From Candidatus Stahliibacteriota bacterium (GTDB lineage Bacteria; Hydrothermota; UBA3073), in the NCBI GenBank assembly GCA_030627085.1, contig DAOUSS010000002.1, positions 1 through 37,823 of the forward strand: a DNA stretch of 37,823 bases, given 5' to 3'. Made by a program: the position numbers and the translations under genes. The notes under the pieces are model-generated. The model did no database searches. It had not been told where the DNA came from and saw only the letters and a list, made by a program, of their open reading frames with translations. Shown piece by piece: positions 16,188-26,394 of the stretch; the first letter of the stretch is position 1; each line of letters begins with the position of its first letter.

Positions 16188-17289
16188 AATCTGCTTCCTT
16201 GGTTCTGGTAGACACATCCTTACCCGAAGATTGGCACGAAATTTGGCAGAACGGGGGCATAATGTTCATCTTGTGTCTTTCGAACAGCTTGATAAGAAGA
16301 TAGATTGGGGAAATGTTACTCCACACTTTGTTAAGCCATCGTTTCCCAATTATCGTTCTTTTCTTTTTCCAGTGAGAGAGATAAAAAATATCATTGAAAA
16401 AGGCTCTTTTGATATTTTACATGGCTTTCAGGCTACAAATTATGGTATCTTGGGAGCAAGAATAGATTTTAACCCATATGTCGTTTCAACTCTTGGCTCA
16501 GATATTCTCTATACTCCATTTGCTGGACATAGATATAAAAACTACATACTCCAGAAAGTGGTCAACTATACCTTTAAAAAAGCGGATATTATAACTGTAG
16601 AGACGAGGTATGCTAAAGATTTCATAATATCCAATTTTCAAGCCGATAAGCGAAAATTAAAGATTCTCTCCTACGGGGTTGAACCCAATGTTTTCAGGAG
16701 CACCAGACATTCCAATCCCGACAAACTAACAATTATCAGTCCAAGGGCAATGAAGAAAATATATAACATTGATGTAATTGTAAGGGCTATCCCTTTGTGT
16801 ATCCAGCAATACCCAGATCTAAAGTTCACATTCTTGGGCGGTATAGGAAACAGACAATACATTAAAGCCATCGAAAATTTGGTATCGAAACTAACCATAG
16901 GTAACCATGTAAGGTTTACAAAAGACATCTTGTCCCCCGCAGGAATGGCGGATGAATTCTCAAAAGCCAGTATCCTCATTTCAATCCCATTGACTGATTC
17001 CTTACCAAAATCTGTATTAGAGGGTGTATTATGCGGAGCTGTTCCGATTTTGAGCGATATTCCAGCAAATAGAGAAATTGAAAACATAGGAATTCCTGTC
17101 ATCTTTGTTGCCAGAAACAGCCACAGGGAACTGGCAGATAAGATCCTATGGGTTATTAAGAACTTAGACAAGATTAGAAAAAGGGTTAAGAAAGCAAGCT
17201 ATCAAATAGCAAGAGAGTATAGTACTGAAGCGTGTATAAACGGGTTAGAAAATATCTATTGCAAACTTTTAGGTGGAACGAAAATATGA
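16177..17289 (+). CDS. GT4-like glycosyltransferase
   Basis: 370 aa with MEYKICFLGSGRHILTRRLARNLAERGHNVHLV (GT-B N-domain) and a C-terminal DSLPKSVLEGVLCGAVPI EX7E-like region. Confidence 0.8.
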   Translation: MEYKICFLGSGRHILTRRLARNLAERGHNVHLVSFEQLDKKIDWGNVTPHFVKPSFPNYRSFLFPVREIKNIIEKGSFDILHGFQATNYGILGARIDFNPYVVSTLGSDILYTPFAGHRYKNYILQKVVNYTFKKADIITVETRYAKDFIISNFQADKRKLKILSYGVEPNVFRSTRHSNPDKLTIISPRAMKKIYNIDVIVRAIPLCIQQYPDLKFTFLGGIGNRQYIKAIENLVSKLTIGNHVRFTKDILSPAGMADEFSKASILISIPLTDSLPKSVLEGVLCGAVPILSDIPANREIENIGIPVIFVARNSHRELADKILWVIKNLDKIRKRVKKASYQIAREYSTEACINGLENIYCKLLGGTKI

Positions 17290-17515
17290 TTATTAGATCG
17301 TTCTCCCTCAATATTTATGGTGGCAGACAGTTCTTCAAAATTTGGTCTACCTAGCACCGAAAAGGGAAGTCTCCACTAGGCTAATAATGGAAGATGTATA
17401 TGTATGGTAAATGAAATGGCGGAAATCACACAGGTCAAGAGGTGGGAGGTGGCATTTATTTCTGCCAGATAAAATCACAGGCTTGCAATGTTTCAAAAAA
17501 AATAGTTTTATTGAG

Positions 17516-18673
17516 ATGAAAATACTCATGATATTACAGTCAAAATTTCCACCAGATATAAGAGTGGAGAAAGAAGCACGCGCTCTCCTCAAAACTGGCT
17601 ATACTATCGATCTTTTATGCAATAATTATACTGGATTGGCAACGGAAGATACTTATTCTGGAATAAGGGTCCATCGCTTAAGAAATAAACTATTTAGCAG
17701 AATCATAAATCTTCCCCTCTTTTGTAATCCCGTTTGGGTGTGGAAAATCTACTCTCTTATTATTTCAGTAAGACCAGATGTGATTCATATTCATGACCTT
17801 CCTCTCTTCCTAACAGGTGCTTTTTTGGGGAAATTGTTTAATATTCCGACAGTTTTTGATATGCATGAAAACTACCCTGCTATGTTAAAAGTTACGAAGG
17901 GAATGTTTACACTCAAAAACCCATATCTTGCCGCAGTTATAGAGAGAATAGCAATCAGGATTGCAGATTATATTATAGTGGTAGTAGAAGAGCAAAGAGA
18001 AAGACTTATAAATCTTGGTGTTCCAGAAGAAAAAATCGTGATAGCGAGTAACACTGCCGATTTAGAGCATCTTGACAATCTGCAAATAGATCTAAAGATA
18101 AAAAAAGAGCTGAATGCAAAATTTACTCCAGTGGTTTCCTATATAGGTGGATTTCCTGGACGAGGACTTAAGACAGTGCTACAGGCGATATCCATAGCAT
18201 CTTCTGAACTTTCTGACATCTATTTGCTCATGGTTGGTGATGGCAAAGGAAGGAAAGATTTAGAAAAAGAAGCAGACAAACTGGGGATTACAGAAAGGGT
18301 AAACTTCGTGGGGTGGGTTAATTTCATAGATGTTCCCAGTTATATTATTGCAAGTGATATATGCCTTGTTCCGCACCCTGCAAACTCTCATACAAACAGT
18401 ACTATTCCACATAAGTTATTCCAGTATATGGCATTCGGCAAGCCAGTGATAGTAACTGATGCAAGCCCTCTGGCAAGAATTGTAAAGGATTGTAAATGTG
18501 GAATAGTGATAACATCGGAGGACGCCAATGAAATGGCAGATGCAATTATTACGCTTTCTGACAAAAGGCTTGCCTCGAGATTGGGTGAAAATGGCAGGAA
18601 GTCCGTAGAGAAGATTTACAATTGGAAGAACACATCAAAAGAACTAATCAGGTTTTATAAACAACTACAATGA
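17516..18673 (+). CDS. GT4-family glycosyltransferase
   Basis: MKILMILQSKFPPDIRVEKEA.., GDGKGRKDLEKEADKLGI.. and HKLFQYMAFGKPVIV. ATG 17516 is preferred over 17411. A 226-nt gap lies upstream. Confidence 0.85.
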   Translation: MKILMILQSKFPPDIRVEKEARALLKTGYTIDLLCNNYTGLATEDTYSGIRVHRLRNKLFSRIINLPLFCNPVWVWKIYSLIISVRPDVIHIHDLPLFLTGAFLGKLFNIPTVFDMHENYPAMLKVTKGMFTLKNPYLAAVIERIAIRIADYIIVVVEEQRERLINLGVPEEKIVIASNTADLEHLDNLQIDLKIKKELNAKFTPVVSYIGGFPGRGLKTVLQAISIASSELSDIYLLMVGDGKGRKDLEKEADKLGITERVNFVGWVNFIDVPSYIIASDICLVPHPANSHTNSTIPHKLFQYMAFGKPVIVTDASPLARIVKDCKCGIVITSEDANEMADAIITLSDKRLASRLGENGRKSVEKIYNWKNTSKELIRFYKQLQ

Positions 18674-19881
18674 AAATTTTATATATAACTCAGTATTTTC
18701 CTCCTGAGATTGGTGCTGGCGCGGCAAGGGCGTTTAATATCAGCAACTGCTTATCTGGCTTGGAGCATAAGGTGCGAATAATTTCTGAAATTCCCAATTA
18801 TCCCGATGGAAAAATTGCTAAAAAATATAGAAACAGGATTTTATACAATGAAAAATTTAAAGGTATAAATGTATTGCGTACCTATGCTTGTGCATCTAAC
18901 AGAGATACATTCTTAAAAAAGATGTTGTTTTATCTTTCTTTTATGATCTCGTCGTGTGTCGGGGCATTATGCTGTAAAAAACCTGACTTAATTATTGCTA
19001 CTTCGCCTCCTCTTCTTGTTGCCCTGACTGGCTATTTCATAAGCAGAGTAAAAAAAACGAAATTGCTATTGGACATAAGAGATATCTGGCCTGATTCTGC
19101 TGTTGCAGTTGGGGCATTGAGGCATAGGACAATACTATATTTTATTTCAAAAAAATTAGAAAGATTTCTCTACAACAGAGCAAATCTAATCACATCTTCT
19201 GTTTACGGGCTTTGTGAAAGAATAAGAAAGTCAACAAAAACTCCAGTTTTTCATCTACCTAATACCGTATTGTTAACCGATTTCAAACCTGGATATCACG
19301 GTGACAGAATCAAGCAAAAATACGGGCTAAATGGCAAATTTATAGTTCTCTACTCGGGTAATCATGGTTTAGCGCAAGGACTTGAGTTTATACTCCAGTC
19401 TGCTCTCTTACTTAAAAGGTTTGAAGATATTCTCTTTCTATTTGTTGGAGAAGGTGTAAAGAAGGTTTATTTAGAAGAACAAAAAAGGGGGTTGGGATTG
19501 AATAATGTGATTTTTCTGGGGAAAAAAACCCACAAAGAAATGCCGGATATAATAAATATATCTAATGTGTGTCTTGTTCCTCTTAAAAAAAATGAGCTTT
19601 TTTTAAATGCTTTACCTTCTAAGATACTTGAATATATGGCACTACAAAAACCGATTATCTTGTCTGTTAAAGGAGAGGCAGAAAAATTTCTAAAAGATGC
19701 CGATGCAGGAATTTCTATAGAACCTGAAGATTCCGAAAAATTATCTGAGGCAATCTTAAAATTATATAGAAATCCTGAGCTTTGCAGGCTTTTTGGCAAA
19801 AATGGGTACAGATACATCAAAAATTTTTACTCCCATCAAAACCAGTTTACATCTTGTAAAGAGCTACTGAAAAGTCTATAA
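18670..19881 (+). CDS. GT4-family glycosyltransferase (WcaI/WbuB-like)
   Basis: MKILYITQYFPPEIGAGAARAF.. N-terminus typical of the WcaI/WbuB group, plus SKILEYMALQKPII. ATGA overlap with the upstream GT. Confidence 0.88.
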   Translation: MKILYITQYFPPEIGAGAARAFNISNCLSGLEHKVRIISEIPNYPDGKIAKKYRNRILYNEKFKGINVLRTYACASNRDTFLKKMLFYLSFMISSCVGALCCKKPDLIIATSPPLLVALTGYFISRVKKTKLLLDIRDIWPDSAVAVGALRHRTILYFISKKLERFLYNRANLITSSVYGLCERIRKSTKTPVFHLPNTVLLTDFKPGYHGDRIKQKYGLNGKFIVLYSGNHGLAQGLEFILQSALLLKRFEDILFLFVGEGVKKVYLEEQKRGLGLNNVIFLGKKTHKEMPDIINISNVCLVPLKKNELFLNALPSKILEYMALQKPIILSVKGEAEKFLKDADAGISIEPEDSEKLSEAILKLYRNPELCRLFGKNGYRYIKNFYSHQNQFTSCKELLKSL

Positions 19882-19970
19882 CAGCATCTTTATCCTCGTT
19901 TTTTTAAATAAACCTTGCAAAAAACAAGAAATTTTTAGAATGCTAATCTTCAAATGAAAGTGAGATAACT

Positions 19971-21374
19971 ATGATACATAGAAAACTCAACCATGCATGG
20001 CAATTTATACTCTCTCTTTTACTGGATGCGCTACTCGTATTTCTTTCATTTGTATTCGTCTACTGGCTTCGGTTTGCATCTGGTCTTGTGGGCGTAACTA
20101 AAGGAATGGTTCCTTTCTCCTACTTCTTCCCCAGTATAGGCTATGTTACAGCCCTCTGGATTTTAATATTCTATTTCCAGGGACATTATGAAACGAGAAA
20201 GTCATGGAGATTACTTGATGAGATATACGAGGTTGTAAAGGGAGGGATTGTCGCATCAGTGCTTGCCCTTGCTCCTACATTTTTTCTCCGTCCGTTTGGA
20301 TATTCAAGATTATATATGGGACTTTCGCTTGTCCTTGCCCTATTGTTTATAATCCTTGGAAGGGTAATTATAAATAGAATCAAAATACCTCTCATGAGAA
20401 GAGGTCGGCTTCTATACCGTACTGCCATTGTGGGCGGAGAGATGGGAGTGACTATAGCAAAGGTTTTGACTAATCCAGTATACGGATATCAGATAGTAGG
20501 ATATATAACCGTCGACAGCGAATCAAAGCCTCTACATCATATATCCCCGCTGGGAAGCATTAATGAAATGGTTTGTATCATTAAAAAGCACCAAATAGAT
20601 ACTCTTATTATGAGTTTTCCTCTGCGGTCTTATAAGAACATTGCCCAGGTAATTTCCACCTGTAAGGACCTTCAAGTACGGTTCCTGTTCGCACCAGATG
20701 TATATGAGCTTGTGACATACAGAGTGACTCCCTACGAGATAAATGGGTTACTCCTCTTCGGTCTCAAGGAATACCCTCTCGAGGGATGGTATGGGGGAGT
20801 TAAGAGATTCGCAGATATAACATTTGCATTTATCGGGCTTGTACTTAGCCTTCCAGTATTACTCTTTGCAGCAGTATTTGTCAAATTGAGCTCCAAAGGG
20901 TCTGTATTTTATATACAGGAAAGGATTGGACTGAATAAAAATCCGTTTGTAATGATAAAGTTTAGAACTATGATACACAATGCAGAAGCCCATACAGGGC
21001 CCGTATGGGCAAAGAAGAACGACAAAAGAATCACGCCCGTAGGCAAAATACTCCGGAGGATGAGAATCGATGAACTTCCGCAACTTATAAATGTGCTGAA
21101 GGGAGAGATGAGTATAATTGGGCCAAGACCGGAAAGGCCTTATTTCGTGAGGAAATTATCAAAGGTGATATTAAATTATAATGAGAGATTTCGAGTAAGG
21201 CCTGGAATAACAGGACTTGCACAGGTCGAAAGTGTTTATGACAGGACAGCAGAGGATGTGGAAGAAAAACTCAAATATGATCTTTATTATCTTGAGAATG
21301 CCTCCTTTAAACTGGACATAGAGATTCTCACAAGAACACTGTGGGTCATAGTCACAGGAAAAGGAGTGCATTAG
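19971..21374 (+). CDS. Polyprenyl-phosphate glycosyl-1-phosphate transferase (WbaP/WcaJ-type initiating sugar transferase)
   Basis: 467 aa with N-terminal TM helices, a central Rossmann-like domain and a C-terminal bacterial sugar-transferase domain (KRFADI.., FRTM, DELPQLINVLKGEMSIIGPRPERP). Confidence 0.92.
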   Translation: MIHRKLNHAWQFILSLLLDALLVFLSFVFVYWLRFASGLVGVTKGMVPFSYFFPSIGYVTALWILIFYFQGHYETRKSWRLLDEIYEVVKGGIVASVLALAPTFFLRPFGYSRLYMGLSLVLALLFIILGRVIINRIKIPLMRRGRLLYRTAIVGGEMGVTIAKVLTNPVYGYQIVGYITVDSESKPLHHISPLGSINEMVCIIKKHQIDTLIMSFPLRSYKNIAQVISTCKDLQVRFLFAPDVYELVTYRVTPYEINGLLLFGLKEYPLEGWYGGVKRFADITFAFIGLVLSLPVLLFAAVFVKLSSKGSVFYIQERIGLNKNPFVMIKFRTMIHNAEAHTGPVWAKKNDKRITPVGKILRRMRIDELPQLINVLKGEMSIIGPRPERPYFVRKLSKVILNYNERFRVRPGITGLAQVESVYDRTAEDVEEKLKYDLYYLENASFKLDIEILTRTLWVIVTGKGVH

Positions 21375-21467
21375 ATACTATTTATCCATTGCAAATTGTA
21401 AATATCAAAATGTGAGAACCTATAGACATGTATTTATCTCGAATCTCCATAATAATCTGGAGGTAAT

Positions 21468-22865
21468 ATGCCTTTACTCTTGATAATATTTACAGTATAT
21501 TTAGAACCTTGCCTCTTGGAGTATGAGGCAGTAAAAGAAGGAAAAGCCTTCTTCTGGAGAATGGATAAGGTACGAGCAGAATCATTCATCCCAGAGATGG
21601 ATATATCATTTTGCGGTTTTGGACTGTACGATAGTAACAGAAAAGGAAATGGTGTATTTGAGCTTATGATAAGACAGGGATTCCCTATACATCCATTTGT
21701 GAAGGGTGAGGTGGATATAGGTGCATTTCAAGAGGTTGGCGATGGACAGGGGATATTGCCCTATTGGGACCCTCTCTTAGAGCCAAAGTATATAATATGT
21801 AACTTTGAAACAGAGCCAGTTGTGTCCCATACAAATTTTGATGTCAGGACAGAAAAGGCATACCTTCTCTTTGATATAGGAACACTGTCCATTGGGACAG
21901 GTAGAAACAGACTGAAAGTTGGTCCTGGATACAGGAGCAATCTTCTTCTGTCTGGTAGAGGACAGCCTCTCAACTTCCTGTACAACGCAAGGGTGAAAAA
22001 GGGACCACTACATCTTTTTGCCTTCAATGCAGGCATAGAGGACTCGATTGATGGAAAGAGGATCTCCTGTCAGAGGATAGAACTGTATCTCTCTTGTGTA
22101 ACAATAGGAATTACAGAGGCGGTTCTGCACAAAAAGGAAAACTTTCTAAAGTATGTAAATCCGGTAGAATTTTATTACATCACGCAGAGAAGGGGCAAAG
22201 ATAACGAAGATAATCTTGTTGCAAGTAGTGATATTACATTTACAAAAAATGGGAAAAAATACTATCTCGAACTTCTGCTTGACGACCCAATTATCTTCCA
22301 TAAGGAGAGACCCTTTAAGGGTGGAATGATGCTGGGAATGTATCTTACAGACCCGTTTGGTATGCCATCCTCTGATTTCAGAATAGAGGCGACTGCACTT
22401 CCAAGATGGACATATACCCATGACTACAGTGACCAGATAAATGCCCTTACAGCAAACGGTCTTCCACTCGGATTTTTTGGTGGGTCAGATTGCATTGATA
22501 TTTATACAGAATTCACAAAATACTGGACACGGGATACTGTTTACTCCCTGCTGCCTACTCCCTACTCCCCACTGCCTACTTCCTACTTCTCTCTTATACT
22601 GGAGTATCTTGCCCATGGTGATGGAAAACTTAACATTGGTTGGCAGGACGAAAAAGAGAATTATCCACAACCAAGAAAGATAAAAATTCCCTCAGGCTGT
22701 AAAGAAGAGAGATTGAGAGTGGGTATTAAAGGAACCCTTGCTAAAGAAAAATTTTCCATAACTACAGGGGTATATGTCGAGCGGATAAAAAATTATATGA
22801 ACCGGGATGGTAATAACTTCACCAGGGTCTCGATAAAAACTGCTACTCTTTTTACTCTACCCTGA
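21468..22865 (+). CDS. Hypothetical outer-membrane protein, possibly capsule-assembly Wzi-like
   Basis: 465 aa with GGAGG 5 nt upstream. NRLKVGPGYRSNLLLSGRGQPL resembles the Wzi-family G-x-GPG..S-L-LS motif as I recall it from memory. Contains the in-frame CTACTCC word array at 22541-22592. Confidence 0.45.
   Translation: MPLLLIIFTVYLEPCLLEYEAVKEGKAFFWRMDKVRAESFIPEMDISFCGFGLYDSNRKGNGVFELMIRQGFPIHPFVKGEVDIGAFQEVGDGQGILPYWDPLLEPKYIICNFETEPVVSHTNFDVRTEKAYLLFDIGTLSIGTGRNRLKVGPGYRSNLLLSGRGQPLNFLYNARVKKGPLHLFAFNAGIEDSIDGKRISCQRIELYLSCVTIGITEAVLHKKENFLKYVNPVEFYYITQRRGKDNEDNLVASSDITFTKNGKKYYLELLLDDPIIFHKERPFKGGMMLGMYLTDPFGMPSSDFRIEATALPRWTYTHDYSDQINALTANGLPLGFFGGSDCIDIYTEFTKYWTRDTVYSLLPTPYSPLPTSYFSLILEYLAHGDGKLNIGWQDEKENYPQPRKIKIPSGCKEERLRVGIKGTLAKEKFSITTGVYVERIKNYMNRDGNNFTRVSIKTATLFTLP
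22541..22592 (+). repeat. CTACTCC-type pyrimidine word array inside the Wzi-like CDS
   Basis: ttactccctgctgcctactccctactccccactgcctacttcctacttctctc encodes VYSLLPTPYSPLPTSYFSL. Confidence 0.7.
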
Positions 22866-22944
22866 TAAATTAATCCATCCAATATCTGACCATGCCCTGC
22901 CTTTATATGTGTTCCAGATAAAGAGGGTGTGGTCAACTTTTTTC

Positions 22945-22973
22945 TTGACAAAACACAACTTTTGTTGTATACT
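22945..22973 (+). promoter_or_regulatory. Sigma70-like promoter for the OmpA-family gene
   Basis: TTGACA 22945-22950, 17-nt spacer, TATACT 22968-22973. Confidence 0.6.
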
Positions 22974-23012
22974 TATATACTTATTCTTGACCACCAGATA
23001 ACCTGTTCAATT

Positions 23013-24782
23013 ATGAAGGAAATTATTCAAAAATTGCTTGTAACAGCCGCACTCTGTATACCATTATTGCTATATTCCTATCCAATGAGAACAGGAGTAA
23101 AGGGATTTAATAACACTATGTCTGCAACTAACGATGGAGCTGGGCATCTGAGTTTTGTTTTTGATATATATGGAAGCGCTAATGGTAACAGAAATGCAAA
23201 TCTTTGGGCAACTGCAGACATTGGTGTGGGATTAGGATTTGCATTTACCGACTGGTTCTCTGTAAATCTATTTTCAAGATATATGGTAGATGTACTGGAT
23301 TCGACAGGCAATCAAAACTATCTTTCTTACGGTCTGGGAGATCTTGAAATCGGTGTAAAGATTACCCCATTTATTTTTGAGAGAAACCATAACGGAGGAT
23401 TGAATATAGGATTATTCCCTTTTGTATCAATACCAAAAGGTACGCAACCAGAGGAGTGCTACCCTGACACTATAGCTGGTTTTTATACTGGACAGGGTGG
23501 TATATACAGACATTTTACTACCGGAGAGTTTGATTACGGAGGCAAATTTCTAATTTCATATGTAACACACACTGACATTCCTGTTGAATTGGATGCAAAT
23601 ATCGGGTATTTTACCCATAATAAAGATAGAAAAGGCAATATGCTATCGTATGGACTCGGCATAGGCTTCCTATATTGGAATTTTATCCCTTACATTGAGA
23701 TAAATGGAAGCGAACGAGAAGATAAAAATATGGGTTCCAGGATTTTTTACCTCACGCCTGGTGTAAAAATAGGCCACAAGAATGATTCATCTCTAAATCT
23801 TGCATTAAACTTCAGAGTAGATGGTCGTGTTGACAAAGAGACGACACGGGTCGGGTCCTCGTACATTTCGCTTGGCGAAGGAGCTACCCCGTCATGGTCT
23901 TTCAATCTGTCATATGCACAGGGATTTTCGTTCTATCGGCAATCTCCTCCGCTATCCACTATATCCGGAATAATAACAGACGCAGAGACAAAAGAGCCAC
24001 TTACTGCTATGATAATACTCCCTGATACGGTGATAGAAACAGATACAATGGGGAATTTTTGCATACAACCAACATCGGGCAGCTTTGTAATGAGGGCATT
24101 TAGTGAGGGCTATATACCACAGGATCAGAGTGTTGTCATCGAGCCCGGACAGGAACTCCTTGTCAGTTTTGAACTTGAAAAGATACATATCCCAATAGCA
24201 GAAATCACGGGGAGGGTTATGGACAGGCTGTCTAAAACCCCCCTTGTTGCCAAAATATCGTTTCCTGAAAGAAATAGAGAATCATTTACTACTGATAGAA
24301 CCGGTGTGTTTAAATTAAAATTATCTCCTGATACATACATTGTGAGAATAACTGCCGAGGGTTACATTCCCTACACAACATCTATATTACTAAAAGATGA
24401 AAAAACTCTTTTAAAAGACTTTTATCTTCTCAAACAATATGGAAAGATTACCCTACAAGGGATAAACTTCGCGGAAGGGAGTACGGAAATAGATCCTGTA
24501 TATTACCCGATTCTGGATGAAGGACTTGAGCTCTTAAGGGGATATCCAAATATAACGGTGGAGATAAGAGGACATACGGACAATGTGGGTTCTGCGGAAA
24601 CAAACCTCACATTATCCCAGGCAAGGGCAAAATCCGTTATGAAATATTTCATAAAAATGGGAATAGAACCCTCAAGGCTAAAGGCAGTTGGATACGGAGG
24701 CGCTGCGCCCATAACAACAAATAATACAGAAGAAGGTAGAGCACAAAACAGAAGAATAGAATTCTATATTTTTGGAGAGTAA
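23013..24782 (+). CDS. OmpA-family outer-membrane protein with two CarboxypepD_reg-like domains
   Basis: Signal peptide MKEIIQKLLVTAALCIPLLLYS and a beta-rich N-domain. Two Ig-like repeats (ISGIITDAETKEPL.., ITGRVMDRLSKTPL..). C-terminal OmpA domain (IRGHTDNVGSAETNLTLSQARA..NRRIEF). ATG 23013 lies downstream of its own consensus promoter. Confidence 0.88.
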   Translation: MKEIIQKLLVTAALCIPLLLYSYPMRTGVKGFNNTMSATNDGAGHLSFVFDIYGSANGNRNANLWATADIGVGLGFAFTDWFSVNLFSRYMVDVLDSTGNQNYLSYGLGDLEIGVKITPFIFERNHNGGLNIGLFPFVSIPKGTQPEECYPDTIAGFYTGQGGIYRHFTTGEFDYGGKFLISYVTHTDIPVELDANIGYFTHNKDRKGNMLSYGLGIGFLYWNFIPYIEINGSEREDKNMGSRIFYLTPGVKIGHKNDSSLNLALNFRVDGRVDKETTRVGSSYISLGEGATPSWSFNLSYAQGFSFYRQSPPLSTISGIITDAETKEPLTAMIILPDTVIETDTMGNFCIQPTSGSFVMRAFSEGYIPQDQSVVIEPGQELLVSFELEKIHIPIAEITGRVMDRLSKTPLVAKISFPERNRESFTTDRTGVFKLKLSPDTYIVRITAEGYIPYTTSILLKDEKTLLKDFYLLKQYGKITLQGINFAEGSTEIDPVYYPILDEGLELLRGYPNITVEIRGHTDNVGSAETNLTLSQARAKSVMKYFIKMGIEPSRLKAVGYGGAAPITTNNTEEGRAQNRRIEFYIFGE

Positions 24783-24798
24783 GACCTATAATGAATAT

Positions 24799-24843
24799 AG
24801 ACCGAAGACCCTAATGACCAATAACCAGTGACTAATGACTAAC
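24799..24843 (+). repeat. AGACC / TAATGACC word array upstream of and overlapping the guaB start
   Basis: agaccgaagaccctaatgaccaataaccagtgactaatgactaac, preceded by TATAAT at 24787-24792. Confidence 0.7.
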
Positions 24844-26283
24844 ACACAATCTGAACTTATGATTGAAGGATTAACATTTGACGATATACTTCTTATTCCT
24901 AAAGAATCGTCGGTACTTCCAAAGGATACAGATGTATCCACTCTTTTTAGCCGTCATATAAGGCTCTCAATACCATTGGTGAGCGCTGCGATGGATACGG
25001 TAACCGAGGCAAGGCTTGCAATCGCAATAGCGAAAGAGGGTGGAATAGGAGTGATCCACAGAAATATGTCCATAGAAAAACAGGCAGAGAATATAGCCAG
25101 AGTAAAAAGATACGAAAGTGCGCTCATACAGTCACCTATAACCCTCAAACCCACCCAAAAGCTCAAGGACGCACTGCAATTTATGGAAAAATACGGTGTC
25201 TCAGGTTTTCCAATTATAGATGGGAAGAGAAAATTGGTTGGAATGCTTACAAAGAGAGATATCTTATTCGAAGAGGACCTTGAAAAGGCTATAAGCAAAA
25301 TTATGACAACTCCCCCACTTGTTACTGGAAAACCTGGTATATCAGTTGAGGAAGCGCTCTCCTTGTTCAAAAAAAATAAGGTTGAAAAAATTCCCATTGT
25401 TGACGACAAAGGAAGACTTCTTGGACTTATAACCAGCAAGGATATACTGAGCAAGAGGCTTTTTCCCTGTTCCACAAAAGACGGCTATGGACGGCTGAGG
25501 ATTGCAGGAGCTGTTGGAACAGGCAAAGATACAATTGACCGTGCAACTGCGCTTGCAGAGGTTGGTTGTGATGCAATTGTTATAGACACAGCCCACGCTC
25601 ATTCAAAGAAGGTGATAGATACAGCAAAGATACTACGGGAGAAATTTCCTGATATAGAGATTGTTGTTGGGAATGTGGCAACGAAAGAGGCAGCAAGACT
25701 TCTGTGTGAGATTGGTTCTGATGCCATAAAGGTAGGAATAGGACCTGGATCAATATGCACCACTCGGGTTGTAGCTGGTATAGGGATACCTCAGGTTACA
25801 GCAATACAGGAATGTGCAGAGGCAAGTAGCGTGCCGGTGATTGCTGATGGGGGATTTAGATACTCCGGTGACATAGTGAAGGCGCTGGCAGTTGGGGCGG
25901 ATTCAGTTATGCTTGGTAACCTGTTTGCAGGGACAGAGGAAAGTCCTGGAGAGACGGTATTATTAGAAGGGAAGAGATATAAAACTTACAGGGCAATGGG
26001 TTCCATAGGTGCAATGCAAGGCGGTAGTGCAGATAGATATTTTCAGGAAGGAGAACGAAAGTTTGTGCCGGAGGGCGTTGAAGGTAGGGTGGCATATAAG
26101 GGCAAGCTTGCTGATGTAATTTATCAGCTCATAGGGGGACTTCGTTCTGGTATGGGTTACTGCGGTGCGAAAAATATCAAAAAATTAAGGGAGAAGGCGG
26201 AATTTATAAAGATAACAAAAGCCGGTCTTCTTGAAAGCCATCCACATGATATCATAATAACAAAAGAACCACCGAATTACTGA
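24835..26283 (+). CDS. guaB: IMP dehydrogenase
   Basis: 482 aa with [14 protein letters not shown], a CBS pair, the catalytic loop [11 protein letters not shown] and GSIGAM. The start could instead be ATG 24859, and neither has an SD. Confidence 0.95.
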   Translation: MTNTQSELMIEGLTFDDILLIPKESSVLPKDTDVSTLFSRHIRLSIPLVSAAMDTVTEARLAIAIAKEGGIGVIHRNMSIEKQAENIARVKRYESALIQSPITLKPTQKLKDALQFMEKYGVSGFPIIDGKRKLVGMLTKRDILFEEDLEKAISKIMTTPPLVTGKPGISVEEALSLFKKNKVEKIPIVDDKGRLLGLITSKDILSKRLFPCSTKDGYGRLRIAGAVGTGKDTIDRATALAEVGCDAIVIDTAHAHSKKVIDTAKILREKFPDIEIVVGNVATKEAARLLCEIGSDAIKVGIGPGSICTTRVVAGIGIPQVTAIQECAEASSVPVIADGGFRYSGDIVKALAVGADSVMLGNLFAGTEESPGETVLLEGKRYKTYRAMGSIGAMQGGSADRYFQEGERKFVPEGVEGRVAYKGKLADVIYQLIGGLRSGMGYCGAKNIKKLREKAEFIKITKAGLLESHPHDIIITKEPPNY

Positions 26284-26287
26284 ATTG

Positions 26288-26373
26288 AAGACTAAAGACC
26301 AAAGACATAAGACTACAGACCAAAGACTTACTTACTCAATTACTTAATAACCTAATGACCCAATAACCTAAGA
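26288..26373 (+). repeat. AAAGACC then TAATNACC word arrays upstream of hslV
   Basis: aagactaaagaccaaagacataagactacagaccaaagactt, then acttactcaattacttaataacctaatgacccaataacctaag. Confidence 0.75.
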
Positions 26374-26394
26374 CTGTTGACTGTCAACTGATAG

